Shown: positions 10,919-21,438, counted from the first letter of the stretch. The stretch: 64,000 nt of DNA from Planctomycetota bacterium (GCA_965223505.1 CBDCWP010000021.1:1-64000), one strand, 5' to 3'. Notes: generated by a model from the sequence alone, not told the origin. A program made the numbers and translations.

Positions 10919-11830
10919 ATGCAGAAGCGATTCTCATTCACCAAACCCTTCGCCTTCTTGGCCCTCCTCACAGTTGTTGGGGGCCTTGTGGTGGAGATCC
11001 ACATCCGTGGGGAGGAACGCAAAGCGCGAGCGAGCCTTGGGGGCGCGATCCGCAACGCGGACCTTCCAGACACGGCCGGGGAACAAATCCAGGTGGACCT
11101 CAATGCGGCTCGGCGCCTCGCACGGTGCGGGGATGTGAGCGCCGCGGCGACCCATCTGGATCGGATCTCCTCACAGGCCCCTACATTCACCACCCATGGG
11201 CTCGCGTCGCTAGCGCATCGCGCCGCGGGAAATGGGGAGCAGGCTGCGCGGCACGCTCAGTTCGCCGCGCAGCTTGCGCCTGACGACAAGCGCGTCGTCG
11301 CGTTCGCCGAGCAGGCGCTCACGCTGGCGATGTTCGACGCCGTCCGTCCGTACGCGCGCGTCTTCGGCGGCATCTCACTGGCGTTCCTGCTCGTGCTGTT
11401 CTTCCGGCGCGGCGCGCGCCGTCATCAGGAGCGCGCACGGCGCCGCTTCGTCGACGGGATCGCCGGCCGAGTGCGCTTCTCGGTCGACGGACAGCGCGCG
11501 CGCACGCGTCCGACGGTCGCTCCCGACAGCGATCGACTGGCCGTCGACATCTTCCTCAGCGGCCGCTACGGCATGTCCTGTCCACGTCGACCTCACAGGG
11601 GACTCTCGCTGCACATCACGGCGTCCAACGCGAGCGCAAGCCGCACCGTGCGACTGACCCCTGTCAAGGACGTGAGCAGTGACGCGGTGCGGGTGATGGT
11701 CAAGCCGGAGACGCTCGCGCGCCTGAAGAAACACGCCGGCCGCTGGCGCTTCCAGGTCGCGCTGGACGACCGCACCATCGCCGTCGGCCACCTCGACGTC
11801 GCGGCGCAGCTCTCGGCCGTCGGCGCCTGA
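10919..11830 (+). CDS. Hypothetical membrane protein (TM, TPR-like helices, TM, beta-rich C-domain)
   Basis: AGGAG RBS before ATG 10919; two hydrophobic segments; A..A.QLAPDD TPR-like end. Confidence 0.65.
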   Translation: MQKRFSFTKPFAFLALLTVVGGLVVEIHIRGEERKARASLGGAIRNADLPDTAGEQIQVDLNAARRLARCGDVSAAATHLDRISSQAPTFTTHGLASLAHRAAGNGEQAARHAQFAAQLAPDDKRVVAFAEQALTLAMFDAVRPYARVFGGISLAFLLVLFFRRGARRHQERARRRFVDGIAGRVRFSVDGQRARTRPTVAPDSDRLAVDIFLSGRYGMSCPRRPHRGLSLHITASNASASRTVRLTPVKDVSSDAVRVMVKPETLARLKKHAGRWRFQVALDDRTIAVGHLDVAAQLSAVGA

Positions 11831-12089
11831 TCCCGACGGGAGGGCCCCGCGCCCCATCCGCGTCCAAGCTCCGCCGGCGCGAGCGGAGGTCGTGATGACG
11901 TATCGGGTGTTCTTGATGGCTTGGTCGCCGTTCCTTGCGCGCCTGCCTGCGCGGACGAGGACGAGCCGACGACGTTCGTCTTCGAGATCGAAGAAACGGA
12001 GAAGAAAGACGGATAGCCGTCGTCTGTTGAGTGGCGCCTACGCACGGGCGTAGGATGCCGCCCCACTGGAATTCGAAAGGGACATCACC

Positions 12090-13208
12090 ATGACTCGTCT
12101 GCTCCTCACGGCATTGGTTCTCGTCGCCTGCGTGCTCGCGGGCCCCGGCACACGCTCGTCCTCGGCCGAAGACGTCACGATCAAGATCCAGGAGGACGCC
12201 GATATCGAGCAGGTCCTCAAGCAGATGAGCAGCGCGCTCGACGTGCGCATCGTCTGGGACCCGAACGACAAGCAGATTCGAGGCAAGCGGGTCAGCGACC
12301 TCGACTTCACGGGCAGTCGCGCGGACGTCTTCAGCCGCCTGCGCGCGTTGCTGACCTTCTACGAGCTGGTCATGATCCCGGTCGGTCCCGGCTCGGACAC
12401 GCTCCTGGTCATGGACGCGCGTCGCTCCTCCTCGATTCTCAAGCTCAAGGCCGAGTTCGTCCGACTCAACGACGGCAACCTCGCCAAGTACGAGGGGCAG
12501 GACGGCTTGTTCATCACGACGACCATCCAGGTCCAGCACATGACCGACCTGCGCAACGCGCGCAACGCGCTCACGCGCATCGTGACGGGACAGAACATCG
12601 GCAACGTGACCGAGGTGCCGGACGCGAACGCGTTCGTCGTCACGGACTTCGCTCCGAACGTGGTCGCGATCTACCGGCTACTCAAGGAGATGGACCAGCC
12701 GCCGACCCACGTGGAGAGCTCCGGACCCGTGTTCCGCGCGGTGAAGCTCGAATACGCCAACTCGCTCGAGGCCGCCTCGTCGCTGTCGGCGCTCTTCCCG
12801 ACGCGCATCGAAGCCGCGACGCAGAAGCCGATGGTCAGCAGCGCGACGCGCGTGATTCGCGCGGATCCGCGCACGAACCAGATCCTGGTCACCGCCCCGT
12901 CCCATGACATGGAGCAGATCCTGGAAGCGGCCAAGACGCTCGACACGCCGACGGCGGCGTCGAAGGTCAGCGCGCACATGATCCACCTCGAGCACGCCAA
13001 CGCCGACAGAGCGGCCGCGGCGCTGCACAACCTGATCCGCACCTCGCCCGCGCTGTGGCAGGAAGACGAAGGCAATCACCACACGCGTCCGAGCGTGGTC
13101 TCGTCCGAAGGCAATACGTTGCTGATCTCGGCCGGCGCGAAGGCGTTCGAGTCGATTCGCCGACTCGTCGCCGAGATGGACGAAGCGGCCAAGACGGACG
13201 ACGAATAG
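12090..13208 (+). CDS. Secretin N-terminal-domain protein (GspD-like N domains, no secretin barrel)
   Basis: Signal peptide; N-domain repeats NAFVVTDFAPNV..EMD, LEYANS..ADPRTNQILVT..LD, LEHANA..NTLLIS..EMD; ends at 372 aa. Confidence 0.75.
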   Translation: MTRLLLTALVLVACVLAGPGTRSSSAEDVTIKIQEDADIEQVLKQMSSALDVRIVWDPNDKQIRGKRVSDLDFTGSRADVFSRLRALLTFYELVMIPVGPGSDTLLVMDARRSSSILKLKAEFVRLNDGNLAKYEGQDGLFITTTIQVQHMTDLRNARNALTRIVTGQNIGNVTEVPDANAFVVTDFAPNVVAIYRLLKEMDQPPTHVESSGPVFRAVKLEYANSLEAASSLSALFPTRIEAATQKPMVSSATRVIRADPRTNQILVTAPSHDMEQILEAAKTLDTPTAASKVSAHMIHLEHANADRAAAALHNLIRTSPALWQEDEGNHHTRPSVVSSEGNTLLISAGAKAFESIRRLVAEMDEAAKTDDE

Positions 13209-13308
13209 AGCGTCGAAACCACGACCCTTGTCCCTACTCGCCCCCGGGCTCGGCCCGGGGAGCTCCGTTCGACTGGCGGCGTAGCCGCGATCTTCTATGA
13301 TCGTCGGC

Positions 13309-13647
13309 ATGCACCGGCGCCCCCGCAAGACCAATGCCTTCGAGAAAACGGCGGAGATCAACGGCAGCGCCCTCAGTGACGACGTCGAGGAACCGCCGGA
13401 GGATGCCGCGCTCCCGCGCTATCGGCGTTGCTGCCGCCGCATCCACCGGGCGTACATGGCGATGCACGAGGGCGACATGGATCCCGAGGTGTATCGCATG
13501 AAGAAGGAGAACCTCCTTCGACGCGCGGTGCAGGACGCCGTCGCGATGGAGGCGGGGCCGGAGCTGATCCGCATGGTCGAGACGCTGCGGCTCGCGACCG
13601 CCGTCAACGAGGTCGAGCTGGAGAGCGTTCGGGCGTACTTCCGGTAG
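13309..13647 (+). CDS. Hypothetical protein
   Basis: Coding-like GC3 bias in an intergenic gap; TATGAT -10 box 7 nt before ATG 13309. Confidence 0.55.
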   Translation: MHRRPRKTNAFEKTAEINGSALSDDVEEPPEDAALPRYRRCCRRIHRAYMAMHEGDMDPEVYRMKKENLLRRAVQDAVAMEAGPELIRMVETLRLATAVNEVELESVRAYFR

Positions 13648-13656
13648 GAGCAGCCG

Positions 13657-14832
13657 TCAGTGCTTCAGCTGCGCGATTCCGTCCTCGATCCCCCGGATCG
13701 TCAACGGGACCATGCGGCCCTTCATCAACGCCCGCACCATCCCGATCGAATACGTGAACCGCCAGTGCTCGCGCGGCACCGGATTGATCCACAACACACG
13801 CTCCCAGGTGTCGAAGACCCGGCGCATCCAGTCCGTGCCCGACTCTTCGTTCCAGTGCTCCACCGACCCGCCCGGCTCGGTGATCTCGTACGGGCTCATG
13901 CTCGCGTCGCCGACGAAGATCACCCGGTAGTCCGATCCATAGGTGCGCAACACCTCCTCGGTCGGGATGGTGTCGTCGAAGCGGCGCGCATTGTCCTTCC
14001 ACACCCGCTCGTAGAGGAAGTTGTGGAAGTAGAAGTGCTCGAGGTGCTTGAACTCCGACCGCGCCGCCGAGAACAGCCGCTCGACCTGAAGGACGTGGTC
14101 GTCCATGGAGCCGCCGACGTCGAGGAACAGCAGCACCTTCACGAGGTTGTGCCGCTCCGGCACCATCTTGAGATCGAGGTAGCCGGCGTTCTTCGCCGTC
14201 GCGCGGATCGTCCCCGACAGGTCGAGTTCCTCCTCGGCGCCTTCGCGGGTGAACTTGCGCAGCTGCCGCAGCGCGACCTTCATGTTGCGCGTGCCGAGCT
14301 CGGCTTGGTCGTCGAAGTTCCGGAACTCACGCTGATCCCAGACCTTGATCGCGCTGCGGTGCCGCGAACGATCCTGGCCGATGCGCACGCCCATCGGGTT
14401 GTAGCCCCACGCCCCGAACGGCGACGTGCCCATCGTGCCGATCCACTTGCTCCCGCCCTGGTGCCGCTCCATCTGCTCGGCCAAGCGCTTGCGCAGCGTC
14501 TCCAGAAGCTCTTGCCAACCGCCGAGCGCCTGGATCTTCGCCTTCTCCTCCTCGCTGAGGTAGCGCTCCCCCATCTTGCGCAGCCACGCTTCCGGGATGC
14601 GCTCGAAGGGATCCTCGACGCGCTCCATGCCTTGAAACCAATGGGCGAAGACGCGGTCGAAGCGATCGATGTGCCGCTCGTCCTTCACCAGCGCCGAGCG
14701 GGAGAGGTAGTAGAAGTGCTCGACCCGATAGCCGGCGACGTTCTCCTTCATCGCCTCGAGGAAGGTGAGGTACTCCTTCAGCGAGACCGGCACGCCGCCG
14801 CGTCGAAGCTCGAAGAAGAAGCCGATGAACAT
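13657..14832 (-). CDS. vWA domain protein (CoxE-like, MoxR partner)
   Basis: MFIGFFFELR..VPVSLKEYL, HQGGSKWIGT.GTSPFG, DVGGSM MIDAS, VGDASMSPYE. Confidence 0.9.
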   Translation of the reverse strand: MFIGFFFELRRGGVPVSLKEYLTFLEAMKENVAGYRVEHFYYLSRSALVKDERHIDRFDRVFAHWFQGMERVEDPFERIPEAWLRKMGERYLSEEEKAKIQALGGWQELLETLRKRLAEQMERHQGGSKWIGTMGTSPFGAWGYNPMGVRIGQDRSRHRSAIKVWDQREFRNFDDQAELGTRNMKVALRQLRKFTREGAEEELDLSGTIRATAKNAGYLDLKMVPERHNLVKVLLFLDVGGSMDDHVLQVERLFSAARSEFKHLEHFYFHNFLYERVWKDNARRFDDTIPTEEVLRTYGSDYRVIFVGDASMSPYEITEPGGSVEHWNEESGTDWMRRVFDTWERVLWINPVPREHWRFTYSIGMVRALMKGRMVPLTIRGIEDGIAQLKH

Positions 14833-14843
14833 CCCCGCTCCGC

Positions 14844-15716
14844 CTACCAGCTCGTCGGGCGGCGGCCGCCGCCCAGGTGCTCGGCCACCCGCCGTACGTC
14901 CTGCTCGTTCTTGAGCATGGAGCCGGCGAGGCGCGGCATGCGCCGGTTCTGCGCGTCCTTCTCGAGCGCCTTCGGATCGGTGTCCTCCATGACGAGCAGC
15001 CGGATCCAGTCCAGCAGCTCCGAGGTGGACGGCTTCTTCTTCAGCCCCGTCACCTCGCGCAACCCGTAGAAGACGGCCATGGCCTGCTCGACGAGCTCCC
15101 GCTTCAGCCCGGGATAGTGCGCTTCCACGATCGTGCGCATCGTGTCCGGGTCGGGGAACCGGATGTAGTGGAAGAAGCAGCGGCGCAGGAACGCGTCCGG
15201 CAGCTCCTTTTCGTTGTTCGACGTGATGATGACGGCGGGCCGCTTCTTCGCGACGATGGTCTCTTTCGTCTCGTAGACGAAGAACTCCATGCGGTCGAGC
15301 TCCTGCAGCAGGTCGTTCGGGAATTCGATGTCGGCCTTGTCGATCTCGTCGATCAACAGAACGGCCCCGTGCTCCTCCTCGAACGCCTCCCAGAGCTTGC
15401 CGCGTCGGATGTAGTTCTTGATGTCGTGCACCTTGTCGGAGCCGAGCTGCGAGTCGCGCAGCCGCGCGACCGCGTCGTACTCGTAGAGCCCTTGCTGGGC
15501 CTTGGTCGTCGACTTGATGTGCCACGACAGCAGCGGCTTGCCAATGGCGCGCGCCACCTCTTGCGCCAGCACGGTCTTGCCGGTGCCGGGCTCGCCCTTG
15601 ACGAGCAACGGGCGCTCGAGCGCCACGGCGGCGTTGACGGCGACGAGCAGGTCCTCGGTCGCGATGTAGGTGTCGGTACCCTCGAAGCGGGGCGTGGGTG
15701 CGGCGGCGTCTTGCAT
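14844..15716 (-). CDS. moxR: MoxR-family AAA+ ATPase
   Basis: LLVKGEPGTGKT, YEYDAVARLRDSQLG, LLIDEIDKAD, TSNNEKELPDAFLRRC. Confidence 0.93.
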   Translation of the reverse strand: MQDAAAPTPRFEGTDTYIATEDLLVAVNAAVALERPLLVKGEPGTGKTVLAQEVARAIGKPLLSWHIKSTTKAQQGLYEYDAVARLRDSQLGSDKVHDIKNYIRRGKLWEAFEEEHGAVLLIDEIDKADIEFPNDLLQELDRMEFFVYETKETIVAKKRPAVIITSNNEKELPDAFLRRCFFHYIRFPDPDTMRTIVEAHYPGLKRELVEQAMAVFYGLREVTGLKKKPSTSELLDWIRLLVMEDTDPKALEKDAQNRRMPRLAGSMLKNEQDVRRVAEHLGGGRRPTSW

Positions 15717-15929
15717 CCCCAGATGGTGACCGGGGTCCTGAAATGCGCAAGCCGGACCAACGAGCCGCGCCCGCTTCCCGTAGAGAGCTCCTGAACAGGC
15801 GCATCGACACGCCCTTCGATCCGGAGGGGCGTTTTTGCAGAATGATTGCACTTCTCATCGGAACGGACGCCCGCATGATCCGTCCAATGGGTTGAAGCAA
15901 GCCGAGAGCTTCCCGGAGACATCACACCC

Positions 15930-18014
15930 GTGCCCAACGCCGGCGACCGCTTCGGTGACTTCGTCCTCCGCCGAGAGATCGGGCGGGGCGCTGCCGGTAC
16001 CGTCTGGGAGGCCCACCAAGAATCGTTGGACCGCACGGTCGCGCTCAAGATCCTCTCGGCGCAGACCGGCGACTCGACGTGGGTCGCGCGCTTCAAGACC
16101 GAGGCCGGCCAGGCCTCGCGGCTGTCGCACTCGGGCATCCTGCCCGTCTACGCCATCGGCGAGACCGAGGGCCTGCACTGGTTCGCGATGGAACTGGTCA
16201 AGGGACGCGATCTCGCGCACGCGCTCAACAACGACGGCCCGCTCGACCTCCAGGAAGCCGCTCGTTGCATTCGCGACGCGGCGTTGGCGCTGCACCACGC
16301 GCACGAGCACGGCGTCGTGCATCGCGACGTCAAGCCCGCGAACATCATGGTGCGCGAGGACGGACGCGTGGTCGTCGCCGACTTCGGGCTCGCCAAGCAC
16401 GTCAGCTCCGGCGCGTTGACCACGACCGGTCTGCTCGTCGGAACGCCCTACTACATGAGCCCCGAGGCCGTGCGCGGCGAGCGCGACGAGATCGGCGCGC
16501 CGACCGACGTGTACGGCCTCGGCGCGACGCTGTACGAGCTCGTGACGGGCAACCCGCCGTTCCTCGCCGAGAACTCGGTCGCGCTCATCAAGAAGATCGC
16601 CGAAGAGCAGCCGCCGCCGCCCTCGAAGCACAACGCGAACGTCCCGCGGGATCTCGAAACGATCATCCTCGCCGCGCTGGCCAAACGTCCCGAGCGTCGC
16701 TACGCCAACGCCATGGAGCTCGCCAACGACCTGACGCACTTCATCGCGGGCGAGCCGATCTCACGTCGACCGTCGGGCGTCATGGAGAAGGTCGGCCGTT
16801 TCGCGCGCCGCAACCGCACTGCCGTCGCCGTCGCGGCCGTCGCGCTGATCGCGCTCGCCGGCGCCATTGCCTTCTTCCAAGGCGAGATGGAACAGAAGGA
16901 GCAGGAGCTCGCCCAGAAGGACAAGGAGCTCGAGGCGCTCGAGGACAAGCTCGGCGACCTCATCGACGACGGGCGCTTCGATCAGGTCGAGCAGGAGGTC
17001 CAGAAGGTCGCGGCGACGGGCGGCGTGTCGAAGGAGAAGGTCCAGGAGGTCCTGGAGCGCTCTCGCGTGAACGTGCTGGAGCGCTTCAAGAAGCTGCTGA
17101 GCCCGCCGAAGAAGGCGGCGGGGGCCGAGGTGCCGCAGACGTGGGCCTCCTCGGCGCCTTGCAAGGTGACGCTCGAGCCCACACCGAAGGACGCGCACAT
17201 CCGGATCGTGACGCTGTCACGCAACGGCGGCTACCAGGATCTCGACGGCGCGTCCGACTCGGTCGAGCTCGCGCCGGGGTTGTATTGCATCACCGCTCAG
17301 GCGGACGGACATCACAGGGCGATCGTCGGCGCGCTCGTGCCGCCGGGCGCCGAGGTGACGCTGCCCGTCGAGCTGCCGGCGCTGTCCGAGCGCACGCGCG
17401 GCATGCAGTACTACGGCGGGTTCTGGGGCGCCGATCCGAGCAACGAAGGCCCTTCCGAGCTCGTGCGATGGGTCGATCCCTACTACCTCGACGAGGCGCC
17501 TGTCGCGGTCGGCGAGTACCAGACGTTCCTCTCGGAGCTCTCGGCCGACATGGAAGCGGGCGTCGCGTCGCTCGACGAGATGCGCCCGAGCATGCTGATG
17601 CTCGAGGGCGCGACCGAGCAGCTCGACGCGATCGTCGCGGGGATCAACAAGGATCAAGCGACGACGTTCGCGCGCCGCGCGAGCAAGCGCGTGCCGAGCC
17701 GGACCGAGGTCGTCACCGCCGGGTTGTTGAACGCGGCGCTCGAGGCGATTCCGCAGCCGCAGCGAACCGTGTCGGGGAACGAGGCGAAAGCGCTGCTGCG
17801 CGCCGAGATCACCCGGTCGAAGGCGTTCCGCGTTCCGACCTGGGTCGCGGACGAGCGCGGCACGCTCGAGTTGCAGTTACCGAAGCAGCCGCGCTTGGGT
17901 CCGCGTCGCACCAAGACCGGGCGTCCGATCCGGCGTGGCGCAGGCGGCGCTGCGGCCAAGAGCCGCAAGGCCGCCGAGAAGGACGCGGTCCTGCGGCTGG
18001 CGCTGGATCCGTAG
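15930..18014 (+). CDS. Membrane Ser/Thr kinase with coiled-coil, PEGA-like and degenerate FGE-sulfatase-like extracytoplasmic domains
   Basis: GRGAAG, VALK, HRDVKPAN, DFG, GTPYYMSPE; TM AVAVAAVALIALAGAIAFF; LAPGLY (PEGA-like); YYLDEAPVAVGEY..KRVPS (FGE-like). Confidence 0.9.
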   Translation: MPNAGDRFGDFVLRREIGRGAAGTVWEAHQESLDRTVALKILSAQTGDSTWVARFKTEAGQASRLSHSGILPVYAIGETEGLHWFAMELVKGRDLAHALNNDGPLDLQEAARCIRDAALALHHAHEHGVVHRDVKPANIMVREDGRVVVADFGLAKHVSSGALTTTGLLVGTPYYMSPEAVRGERDEIGAPTDVYGLGATLYELVTGNPPFLAENSVALIKKIAEEQPPPPSKHNANVPRDLETIILAALAKRPERRYANAMELANDLTHFIAGEPISRRPSGVMEKVGRFARRNRTAVAVAAVALIALAGAIAFFQGEMEQKEQELAQKDKELEALEDKLGDLIDDGRFDQVEQEVQKVAATGGVSKEKVQEVLERSRVNVLERFKKLLSPPKKAAGAEVPQTWASSAPCKVTLEPTPKDAHIRIVTLSRNGGYQDLDGASDSVELAPGLYCITAQADGHHRAIVGALVPPGAEVTLPVELPALSERTRGMQYYGGFWGADPSNEGPSELVRWVDPYYLDEAPVAVGEYQTFLSELSADMEAGVASLDEMRPSMLMLEGATEQLDAIVAGINKDQATTFARRASKRVPSRTEVVTAGLLNAALEAIPQPQRTVSGNEAKALLRAEITRSKAFRVPTWVADERGTLELQLPKQPRLGPRRTKTGRPIRRGAGGAAAKSRKAAEKDAVLRLALDP

Positions 18015-18096
18015 TAGGGGCAGCCCTTGTGGCTGGCCCAAGGCGACCACGAAGATCGCCCGGATTGCTGTAGGGGCGGGGCTTGACCCCGCCCGC
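18011..18096. repeat. REP cluster (types B and A)
   Basis: GTAGGGGCAGCCCTTGTGGCTGGCCC, GGCGACCACGAAGATCGCC, GTAGGGGCGGGGCTTGACCCCGCCCGC. Confidence 0.8.
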
Positions 18097-18136
18097 GAAC
18101 GACGTGATGTGTACCCGGTTCCACCGGAGGCGACAC

Positions 18137-19618
18137 GTGACGGCAGCGCGCGACTACATCGACGGACAGTGGTTCGACCCCGAGGACGGCGGCATCGAAC
18201 GCTTCGATCCCGCCACCGGCGAGATGATCGGCCTCGCACCGCGCAGCGGCAAAGCCGAGATCGACGCCGCCGTCGACGCCGCCAAACGCGCGTTTCCCGC
18301 CTGGTCCGACACGCCCGCGCCGAAGCGCGCGGAAGTGCTCTTCCGGGCCGCCCAGATCATGGAGCAGCGCAAGACCGAGCTCGGACGCCTCGTCACGCGC
18401 GAGATGGGCAAGGTCAAGATCGAGGCGCTCGGCGACGTGCAGGAGGCCGTCGACATGGCCTACTACATCGCGGGCGAAGGCCGCCGCCTGTTCGGTCACA
18501 CGACACCGAGCGAGCTGCCGAACAAGATTTGCATGACGCTGCGCGAGCCGATCGGCGTGTGCGGCTTGATCACCCCCTGGAACTTCCCGGTCGCGATCCC
18601 GTCGTGGAAATCGCTGCCGGCGCTCGTGTGCGGCAACACGGTCGTGCTGAAACCGTCGGAAGAGACCGGTGGCTGCGCGACGGCGTACGTCGAATGCCTG
18701 CTCGACGCGGGACTGCCGCCCGGCGTGATCAACATCGTGAACGGTACGGGCGAGGACGCCGGCGCGCCGCTCGTCGTTCATCCCGACGTCCCCGTGCTCT
18801 CGATGACGGGATCGACCGAGACCGGCCGCGTCATCAACCGAGCCGCGGCGCCGATGCTCAAGCACGTCCACTTCGAGCTCGGCGGCAAGAACGGCATCAT
18901 CGTGCTCGACGACGCGGATCTCGACTTCGCCGTGCAGGCGATCCTGTGGTCGGCCTACGGCACGACCGGACAACGGTGCACGGCCGGCAGCCGGATCATC
19001 GTGCAGGACGGCGTCTACGAAGCGCTCGCCGAGAAGCTCGCGGCGGCCGCTGCGGCGCAGAAGGTCGGCCACGGCTGGGACGACGACGTCGACGTCGGGC
19101 CGCTCGTTCGTCCCAGCGCCGTCGAGAAGGTCGAGCGCTACGTACGCATCGGCCAGGAAGAAGACGGCGCGGCGCTCATCTGCGGAGGCAAGCGTTGGCA
19201 GGGTGACGGCGACCTCGCGAACGGGTACTACTTCGAGCCCACCGTCTTCGCGGACGTGACGCCCGACATGCGCATCGCGCAGGAGGAGATCTTCGGTCCC
19301 GTGACGGCGCTGATCCGCGTGCGCGACCTCGACGAGGCGATCGAGGTGCACAACGGCACGCAATACGGCCTGTCGGGCGCGATCATCACGCGGGATCTGG
19401 CCGCGTCGATGAAGGCCATGCGGTCGCTGAAGACGGGGATCGTGTACCTGCACAACGGCACGATCGGAGCGGAGGTCCACCTGCCCTTCGGCGGGGTGAA
19501 GGCCACCGGCAACGGCCACCGCGAGGCGGGCATCGCCGGCATCGACTTCTATTCGGAATGGAAGACCGTCTACATCGACTACTCCGGCGGCCTGCAGCGC
19601 GCCCAGATCGACACGTAG
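18137..19618 (+). CDS. NAD(P)-dependent aldehyde dehydrogenase
   Basis: ITPWNFP, KPSE, TGSTETG, FELGGKN, GQRCTA (catalytic Cys), EEIFGP; GGAGG RBS before GTG 18137. Confidence 0.95.
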   Translation: MTAARDYIDGQWFDPEDGGIERFDPATGEMIGLAPRSGKAEIDAAVDAAKRAFPAWSDTPAPKRAEVLFRAAQIMEQRKTELGRLVTREMGKVKIEALGDVQEAVDMAYYIAGEGRRLFGHTTPSELPNKICMTLREPIGVCGLITPWNFPVAIPSWKSLPALVCGNTVVLKPSEETGGCATAYVECLLDAGLPPGVINIVNGTGEDAGAPLVVHPDVPVLSMTGSTETGRVINRAAAPMLKHVHFELGGKNGIIVLDDADLDFAVQAILWSAYGTTGQRCTAGSRIIVQDGVYEALAEKLAAAAAAQKVGHGWDDDVDVGPLVRPSAVEKVERYVRIGQEEDGAALICGGKRWQGDGDLANGYYFEPTVFADVTPDMRIAQEEIFGPVTALIRVRDLDEAIEVHNGTQYGLSGAIITRDLAASMKAMRSLKTGIVYLHNGTIGAEVHLPFGGVKATGNGHREAGIAGIDFYSEWKTVYIDYSGGLQRAQIDT

Positions 19619-19697
19619 AGTCCGAAAACCCGCCTTTTGCACGCCGGGGCCGAACGCTCGGGCCAAAATCGTGTTTCATAGGGTGGCGCGAGACACG

Positions 19698-21434
19698 ATG
19701 CGAGGTGCTTGGGTGCGCGGCTTGGGACTGCGGGGACTACTTCCGGTCTTGTTCCTGGCCCTCCTTGCGCCCTCCGCGACCGGCGACGAAGCGCAGACCG
19801 GCGACATCTGGGACTGGCGCGTCGCCAAGGATCCGGCCTACACGCTCAACGCGGCGCTGTACGCGCAGAACCACGGCGGCGGTGTGGTGCTGCAGCTCGA
19901 GCCCACGCAGCTGGCGTGCACGTTCTGGCGAGGAATGGCCACCGACCCGCTGCCGGAGCGGCTGCCGCCCATCGTGATCGCGCGCGAAGCCAGTGCACAG
20001 CGCAGCGCAAGGATCCAGGCGCGATCGGTTCTCGCTCAGGAGCTGAAGGCGCTCGCAACGTCGGGCGTCTCGGACACGCCGCTGCTGGAGAGCGTGCGCG
20101 ACAACATTCGCTTCGCCGCGGAGAACCTGCCCGCGCCGCGCACCGTGTTCGTCGTCACGACGCGCGCCGTCAAGGATCGATCCGAGCTCGAGGTCGCGAT
20201 CATCGAAGCGCAGCGTGCCGAGTGCAAGGTCGTCGTGGTCGCCCCCGAGGTCGCGTTCTCCGACAACGGGACGTTGTTGCTCGAGTCCAAGGTGCGAAGC
20301 GGCGAGGCGCCCGTCGAAGAGGTTCCGTTCGAGTGGGACATCAACCTCCCGGCGTTGTGGCTCGCCCAGGTGCGCTGGACCGGACGACAGGCCGAGCTCG
20401 TGCCGGAAGACGTGCGCAGGGATCCGTGGCACGGCCATTCGCACGTGCGCACGCGCGGCTTCAACTACGTGCCGTCGGGCTTCGGCGACTACGCGTTGTC
20501 GCGTCTCGCGGCCGAGACGAAGGGGCGCTTCTACCTCAATCGCTTCGGCGCGCCGTCGAAGACGAAGGCGCGCTGCACGTTCCTCACCGATCCGGGCAAG
20601 TTCCGCCGGCTCGCACCGAGCCTGGCGCACAAGCAGACGTATTGGAATTGGCGCCGCAAGGACGAGAACGCGGTGCCCTACGACCGCGCCATCTCGATCC
20701 TGCTCGAAGCACCCGGCCTGCTCGCGCGCGATCCGCGCCGGAAGAACCCGCGCGGCATCGCGAAGAACCTCGATCCGCTCCCGCTCATCTTCCGCAGCAA
20801 GGCGGAGCTGGCGAACGCGCTCAAGCTGGCCAAGCGCAAGGACCAGCTCGCGGTCCGCGCGCTGAAGGTGCTCGACCGTTTCGTGCTCGCCTACCGTTCC
20901 GAAGGCGGCAACGAGCGCTTTCTCGCGCACGGCACCCTGCTCAAGGCATGGCTGCACCGGGTGCGCTTCCATCTGAGCGAGTACCAGACCGTCGTCGGCT
21001 CGATCAAGGACGAGAAGCGGCTCGCGTCAGGCGTGGCGGTGCAGCTGGCGCCGCGCGTGCTCTGGGAGTTCTGCTTCGGCGTTCGCGGCGCGGGCCAGCG
21101 CAACCTCGGCTATCGCGGAGGCGAGACGTCGCAACGGCTGCTTTCCGCGGTCGTGGACTCGTCGATGATCGTCCGCCGGCGGTACGGCAACACGCCGTGG
21201 GAGACCGCTTCGAAGCTGGGCTTCCTGATCACATACGTCGAAGGCTGGGCGGACGGCCGCACGCGCGGACCCGCGCCGGCGCCGAAGTCCGCCGGCTCGA
21301 AGAAGAAGCCGACCACACCGTCGCGCAAGGGCCCCAAACAACCGAGCAACCCGCCGCCGCCTACCCCCGTGACGACGCCCTCGCGGCCTTCGGTCGGCGG
21401 AAGCGGTACCGGCGGAGCCGTCACCGGCGGGTAG
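19698..21434 (+). CDS. Secreted hypothetical protein, possible degenerate vWA, Pro/Ser/Gly-rich tail
   Basis: Signal peptide; PSGFGDYALSRLAAETKGRFY resembles vWA C-terminal element; low-complexity tail. Confidence 0.65.
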   Translation: MRGAWVRGLGLRGLLPVLFLALLAPSATGDEAQTGDIWDWRVAKDPAYTLNAALYAQNHGGGVVLQLEPTQLACTFWRGMATDPLPERLPPIVIAREASAQRSARIQARSVLAQELKALATSGVSDTPLLESVRDNIRFAAENLPAPRTVFVVTTRAVKDRSELEVAIIEAQRAECKVVVVAPEVAFSDNGTLLLESKVRSGEAPVEEVPFEWDINLPALWLAQVRWTGRQAELVPEDVRRDPWHGHSHVRTRGFNYVPSGFGDYALSRLAAETKGRFYLNRFGAPSKTKARCTFLTDPGKFRRLAPSLAHKQTYWNWRRKDENAVPYDRAISILLEAPGLLARDPRRKNPRGIAKNLDPLPLIFRSKAELANALKLAKRKDQLAVRALKVLDRFVLAYRSEGGNERFLAHGTLLKAWLHRVRFHLSEYQTVVGSIKDEKRLASGVAVQLAPRVLWEFCFGVRGAGQRNLGYRGGETSQRLLSAVVDSSMIVRRRYGNTPWETASKLGFLITYVEGWADGRTRGPAPAPKSAGSKKKPTTPSRKGPKQPSNPPPPTPVTTPSRPSVGGSGTGGAVTGG

Positions 21435-21438
21435 AACA

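Noticed and set aside
13242..13260. Intrinsic terminator after the secretin-N gene (CCCCGGGC-TCG-GCCCGGGG)
   Set aside because: Hairpin present but no U-tract; GC hairpins are common by chance here
13657..15716. CO dehydrogenase (cox) cluster
   Set aside because: Only the generic MoxR/vWA pair; no coxLMS
14833..15900. N-terminal extension of the vWA ORF (747 aa in the track)
   Set aside because: Overlaps the MoxR gene in another frame; the real start is MFIGFF at 14832
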